NCBI GenBank assembly: GCA_031364845.1
Contig: JANLWX010000196.1
Location: 1-27,325, forward strand
DNA: 27,325 nt
Direction: 5' to 3'
From: Candidatus Eiseniibacteriota bacterium
GTDB lineage: Bacteria > Eisenbacteria > RBG-16-71-46
Every line of letters begins with the position of its first letter. Position 1 is the first letter of the stretch. The notes below the pieces were generated by a model. That model had not been told where the DNA came from, made no database searches, and worked only from the letters and a program-made list of their open reading frames with translations. Shown one piece after another: positions 24,201-27,325 of the stretch. Position numbers and translations under genes: made by a program.

Positions 24201-24911
24201 TCAGAACCTCAGATCGATCGCCGTGCCGAACCGGTGCAGGTCGACGGGCCAGCTGCGTTCCCCATACCGCGGGTGCCACGCCCGCACCCGGTACGATCCG
24301 GCCGGCAGCTCGGGCAGCTCGAAGGATCCCTTGGCATCGGGACGCGTGAACACTTTGGATGGAGCCACGAATACGTAAGCCGACGAATCCGAGTGGAGCG
24401 TGCAGAACACGCGCACCGTGCCCGCCTTGTCGAAGCGCAGCGAGCGTTTGCCCCGCGGCGGAATCGAGCCGAGATCGAAGCGGCGCGCCGCCGACACGCT
24501 GAAGGCGCTGTGGTAACGGCGGTCGCGGTTGACGAAATCCACCGAGTCGCCGGGTGCGACCGCGACCACGCGCGGCGCGAACCCGCCGGACTCGAGCCCG
24601 ACCTGGACGCGCGTCAGACGCGGCGGAACCGGAGCGGCGGCGTGCTTCGCCGTCTTGGACTTCGTGTGGGCGACCGGCGGCGGCGGCGGCGGATTCTTCA
24701 GCGGGTCGACGTAGATGATGTACTCCGACATCGACGCGGCCGTGGCACCTCCGGGAGTGCGCAAGTGGCCCTGGATCACGCCGGGCCGCGTCGCCGGATC
24801 CTTCGCGGTCCTCGGAAGCGAGGGCATCGTGTTCTGCCCCGTGGTGGCGCACCCGCACAGCGCGAGCAGCAGCGCAATGGATGCGAATCGCAGCGGTGAC
24901 ACCGTGTGCAT
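24201..24911 (-). CDS. Lipoprotein with cupredoxin-like domain and carboxypeptidase-regulatory-like beta-sandwich, 236 aa
   Basis: ATG 24911 after GGGAG; lipobox LCGC; FAPRVVAVAPGDSVDFVNRDRRYHSAFS, FCTLH and GSFELPELPAGSYRVRAWHP. Confidence 0.75.
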   Translation of the reverse strand: MHTVSPLRFASIALLLALCGCATTGQNTMPSLPRTAKDPATRPGVIQGHLRTPGGATAASMSEYIIYVDPLKNPPPPPPVAHTKSKTAKHAAAPVPPRLTRVQVGLESGGFAPRVVAVAPGDSVDFVNRDRRYHSAFSVSAARRFDLGSIPPRGKRSLRFDKAGTVRVFCTLHSDSSAYVFVAPSKVFTRPDAKGSFELPELPAGSYRVRAWHPRYGERSWPVDLHRFGTAIDLRF

Positions 24912-24934
24912 CGATGGAATCTCCCTGACACCTT

Positions 24935-24967
24935 TAGTGTTCCGACCCCGAAGGATTCGGAACACTA
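24935..24967. promoter_or_regulatory. Perfect 11-bp inverted repeat (hairpin or operator) in the leader of the lipoprotein-kinase operon
   Basis: TAGTGTTCCGA-N11-TCGGAACACTA; a cUUCGg loop forms on the minus-strand transcript. Confidence 0.6.
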
Positions 24968-25153
24968 GCCTGATGACGCACGAACTGCCGTTCGAGGTTT
25001 CGGCCTGTGGAGGCGGCCGCTTGAGGACTCGCGGGCCGGGCAAATTGCACGCGTGGGTTCGGGAGGCGTCCGCTGGCGGTCGCGGAATCTTCCGACTAAG
25101 GTTCCGCGCGGCGGCGCATGGTTTCCGCGCGTCCCGCGTTCGAGGAGGATGGC

Positions 25154-25600
25154 ATGGTCATCGACTGGAACTGGGTGCTGCTCATCGTCGGAGCGCTCCT
25201 GGTGCTGGTGGAAGTCGCCCTGGGTGGTTTTGCCGGATTCGATCTGGTGCTGATCGGATCCTCGTTCCTGCTCGGAGGCGCTCTGGGGCTCGCGTTCCAC
25301 AGCACGCCGGTGGGATTTCTGGTGGCGAGTGCGCTGTGCCTCGCCTACATCGTCGCCGGACGCCGCTGGGTCCGCGATCGCATGCGGCATCAGCCGCAGC
25401 CTTCCAACATGGACGCACTGCTCGGTGCCCACGGACTCGTCACCGTCCGCATCGACGCCCAGGAACCCGGGCAGGTTCGCGTTCGTGACGAAGTCTGGCG
25501 CGCGGTCCCGGCGCCCGGAACCGGACCGTACGAAGCCGGCACTCGTGTCGTCGTTCAGAGCGTCGAAGGTGTCACCCTGCAGGTGAAGGAGTCCTCATGA
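25154..25600 (+). CDS. Short NfeD family protein (YbbJ-like)
   Basis: GAGGAG RBS before ATG 25154; hydrophobic N-terminus plus OB-fold [12 protein letters not shown]...[12 protein letters not shown] overlap with the SPFH gene. Confidence 0.9.
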   Translation: MVIDWNWVLLIVGALLVLVEVALGGFAGFDLVLIGSSFLLGGALGLAFHSTPVGFLVASALCLAYIVAGRRWVRDRMRHQPQPSNMDALLGAHGLVTVRIDAQEPGQVRVRDEVWRAVPAPGTGPYEAGTRVVVQSVEGVTLQVKESS

Positions 25601-26472
25601 TCGGTCAGCTCGGATTGTTCCTGCTCGCCATTCTCCTGTTCATCATGTTCGTCGCACTCGCGCGCTCGGCACGCGTCGTCGCCCAGTACGAGAAGGGTCT
25701 GGTGCTGCGCCTCGGACGCTACCGCGGCACGGTCGGATCCGGCCTCACGTTCCTGGTGCCGGTGATCGAGGACATGGTCAAGGTCGACATGCGCGAGCGC
25801 GTGATCAACGTCGAACCGCAGAAGGTGATCACCAAGGACAACGTGTCGGTCGTGGTCGACGCGGTCATCTACTACCGGATCAGCGACCCCGTGAAGGCGA
25901 CGTTCGAAGTCCAGAACTTCGGTTACGCGGCAACCACGCTCGCGCAGACCAACCTCAGGAATCTGATCGGCGACAAGTCGCTCGACGAAACGCTGACCGC
26001 GCGCGACACGATCAATGCGAATCTGCGCGCGGTGCTCGACGAGGCGACCAACACGTGGGGCGTGAAGGTGACGCGCGTCGAAGTGCAGAAGATCGACCCG
26101 CCCGCCGACATCACCGAAGCCATGTCACGGCAGATGAAGGCGGAGCGCGACAAGCGCGCGAACATCCTCGAGGCGGAAGGCGTGAAGCAGTCGCACATTC
26201 TGCAGGCGGAGGGCGTGCGTCAGTCGGACATCCTGCGCGCGGAAGGCGATGCGCAGGCGCGCATCCTGCGCGCGAATGCGGAGGCCAAGTCGATCGAGCT
26301 GGTGTCGAACGCGGCCGAGCAGTACTTCAAGGAACGCGCGGAAGTCAGCAAGAAGCTCGACGTGCTGAACTCGGTGCTGTCCCAGCAGGCCAAGTTCATC
26401 ATTCCGTCGGGATCGGAACTGGTGAACGTGCTCGGTCTGGACGACAAAGCGGTGGTGCCGATCAAGCGGTAG
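25597..26472 (+). CDS. SPFH/band 7 (stomatin/paraslipin, QmcA-like) protein
   Basis: [40 protein letters not shown]; canonical pairing with NfeD. Confidence 0.95.
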   Translation: MIGQLGLFLLAILLFIMFVALARSARVVAQYEKGLVLRLGRYRGTVGSGLTFLVPVIEDMVKVDMRERVINVEPQKVITKDNVSVVVDAVIYYRISDPVKATFEVQNFGYAATTLAQTNLRNLIGDKSLDETLTARDTINANLRAVLDEATNTWGVKVTRVEVQKIDPPADITEAMSRQMKAERDKRANILEAEGVKQSHILQAEGVRQSDILRAEGDAQARILRANAEAKSIELVSNAAEQYFKERAEVSKKLDVLNSVLSQQAKFIIPSGSELVNVLGLDDKAVVPIKR

Positions 26473-26506
26473 GGCTTCGCCCGTTCGCGAGCCGCGGCGG
26501 AAGTTC

Positions 26507-27325
26507 CTACTCCGCGATGCGGATCACGCGGCCGGTGGAGACATGAGTGCCCGTGACGACGCGCGCTAGGTACATGCCCGCGGGCAGCGTGTTCATGGTG
26601 TGGGCGTCGATGGTCGTGCGCTGCGGACCCGTCGAGCTGGCGTTGGTGGTACGGCGGTAGAGCCGGCGGCCCGCGACGTCGTAGAGTTCGATATGCGTTT
26701 CGCCCGTGACCGGAAGTGTGAACGCGAGTGTGACCGAACCGCGCGCGGGACTGGGCCACGCGTCGAGGATGCCGGGGGCGGAATCGGCGTTCGCGAGGTC
26801 GGGTGAACCGGCGGCGCGCCAGGCTTTGAGCGTGAGCGTGCGCGCGACACCCGCGGCGGCCGCGAGACGTTCGCGGCGCAGTTCGGCCACGCGTGCGAAG
26901 TCGCCGGCGCGGTATGCGGCGTCGATGGCGGCGCGGCGTGAAACGCTCGCGACCGCGAGCTCGGCTCCCGCCTGTGGGTTGAGCGATGCGGAAGGCGCCG
27001 GCAGCTCGAGCGCGTCCAGATGGACGCCATCGAGATCGTCGCTGAACGAAGCATGCGCGCCCGGCGTTTCGTCATCAACCGAATCGCCGGCGAGATAGGG
27101 ATCAGCGAGATCCGCGGAGGCGATCGAGAGCTCGGCCAGTGCGGCCGTGATCTCCGCCGCCCGGCGAGAGCGGAATGCGTTCTCGAGATGCTCGACCGCA
27201 TCGGCGAGCCGGCGCGGCGCGAACCCGAGCACGCGGCCTTCGGCTTCGGGATCGAGATCGATGGCGGCACCCGGGGTGTAACGGTGCGCAGCGTCCGCCC
27301 GCTCCGGATCCGCGGTCTCCGCTTC
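26507..27325 (-). CDS. C-terminal part of a secreted protein with a T9SS/FlgD-Ig-like C-terminal sorting domain (5' end outside window)
   Basis: Frame is open to the right edge (EAETADPERADAAHRY...); ends AWPSPARG...IELYDVAGRRL...LPAGMYLARV...GRVIRIAE. Confidence 0.8.
   Translation of the reverse strand, partial: EAETADPERADAAHRYTPGAAIDLDPEAEGRVLGFAPRRLADAVEHLENAFRSRRAAEITAALAELSIASADLADPYLAGDSVDDETPGAHASFSDDLDGVHLDALELPAPSASLNPQAGAELAVASVSRRAAIDAAYRAGDFARVAELRRERLAAAAGVARTLTLKAWRAAGSPDLANADSAPGILDAWPSPARGSVTLAFTLPVTGETHIELYDVAGRRLYRRTTNASSTGPQRTTIDAHTMNTLPAGMYLARVVTGTHVSTGRVIRIAE

Noticed and set aside
26473..26506. Bidirectional terminator between the convergent genes
   Set aside because: Only a 4-bp GGGC/GCCC stem and no U-tract.
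1..27325. CRISPR arrays, tRNA/rRNA genes, IS elements, known riboswitches
   Set aside because: No spaced identical repeats, RNA gene signatures, transposase motifs or convincing riboswitch consensus seen by eye; an Rfam scan was not possible.

Overview
High-GC bacterial window. A T9SS/FlgD-like C-terminal sorting domain tentatively suggests an FCB-group lineage such as Ca. Eisenbacteria. The core is a minus-strand Wzx/Wzy-type polysaccharide cluster (6858-21985), in this order: OM beta-barrel, short OPX/Wza with an extra Ig-like domain, frameshifted GumC/Wzz co-polymerase, BY-kinase, DegT aminotransferase, phosphoglycosyltransferase-dehydratase fusion, Wzy-like polymerase, GT4, Wzx, an RtcB-family protein and a CDP-alcohol phosphotransferase. 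Downstream lies a >2080-aa secreted beta-helix/Ig-repeat/CBM protein that runs off the left edge and is missing from the ORF track. Upstream are a cupredoxin-like lipoprotein with an orphan histidine kinase, a NfeD/SPFH pair and a partial secreted protein. The most notable signals are: (1) an RtcB RNA-ligase homolog with a remodelled active site inside the glycan operon, next to a CDP-alcohol phosphotransferase; (2) a BY-kinase with an internal DUF4388 + tandem MshEN c-di-GMP-binding insertion; (3) a PGT-dehydratase fusion and aminotransferase with no acetyltransferase, suggesting a free-amino sugar; (4) a frameshift at a (CG)n tract in the co-polymerase; (5) sigma54 promoters and structured leaders. 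All family assignments come from motifs read by eye; no database searches were run.
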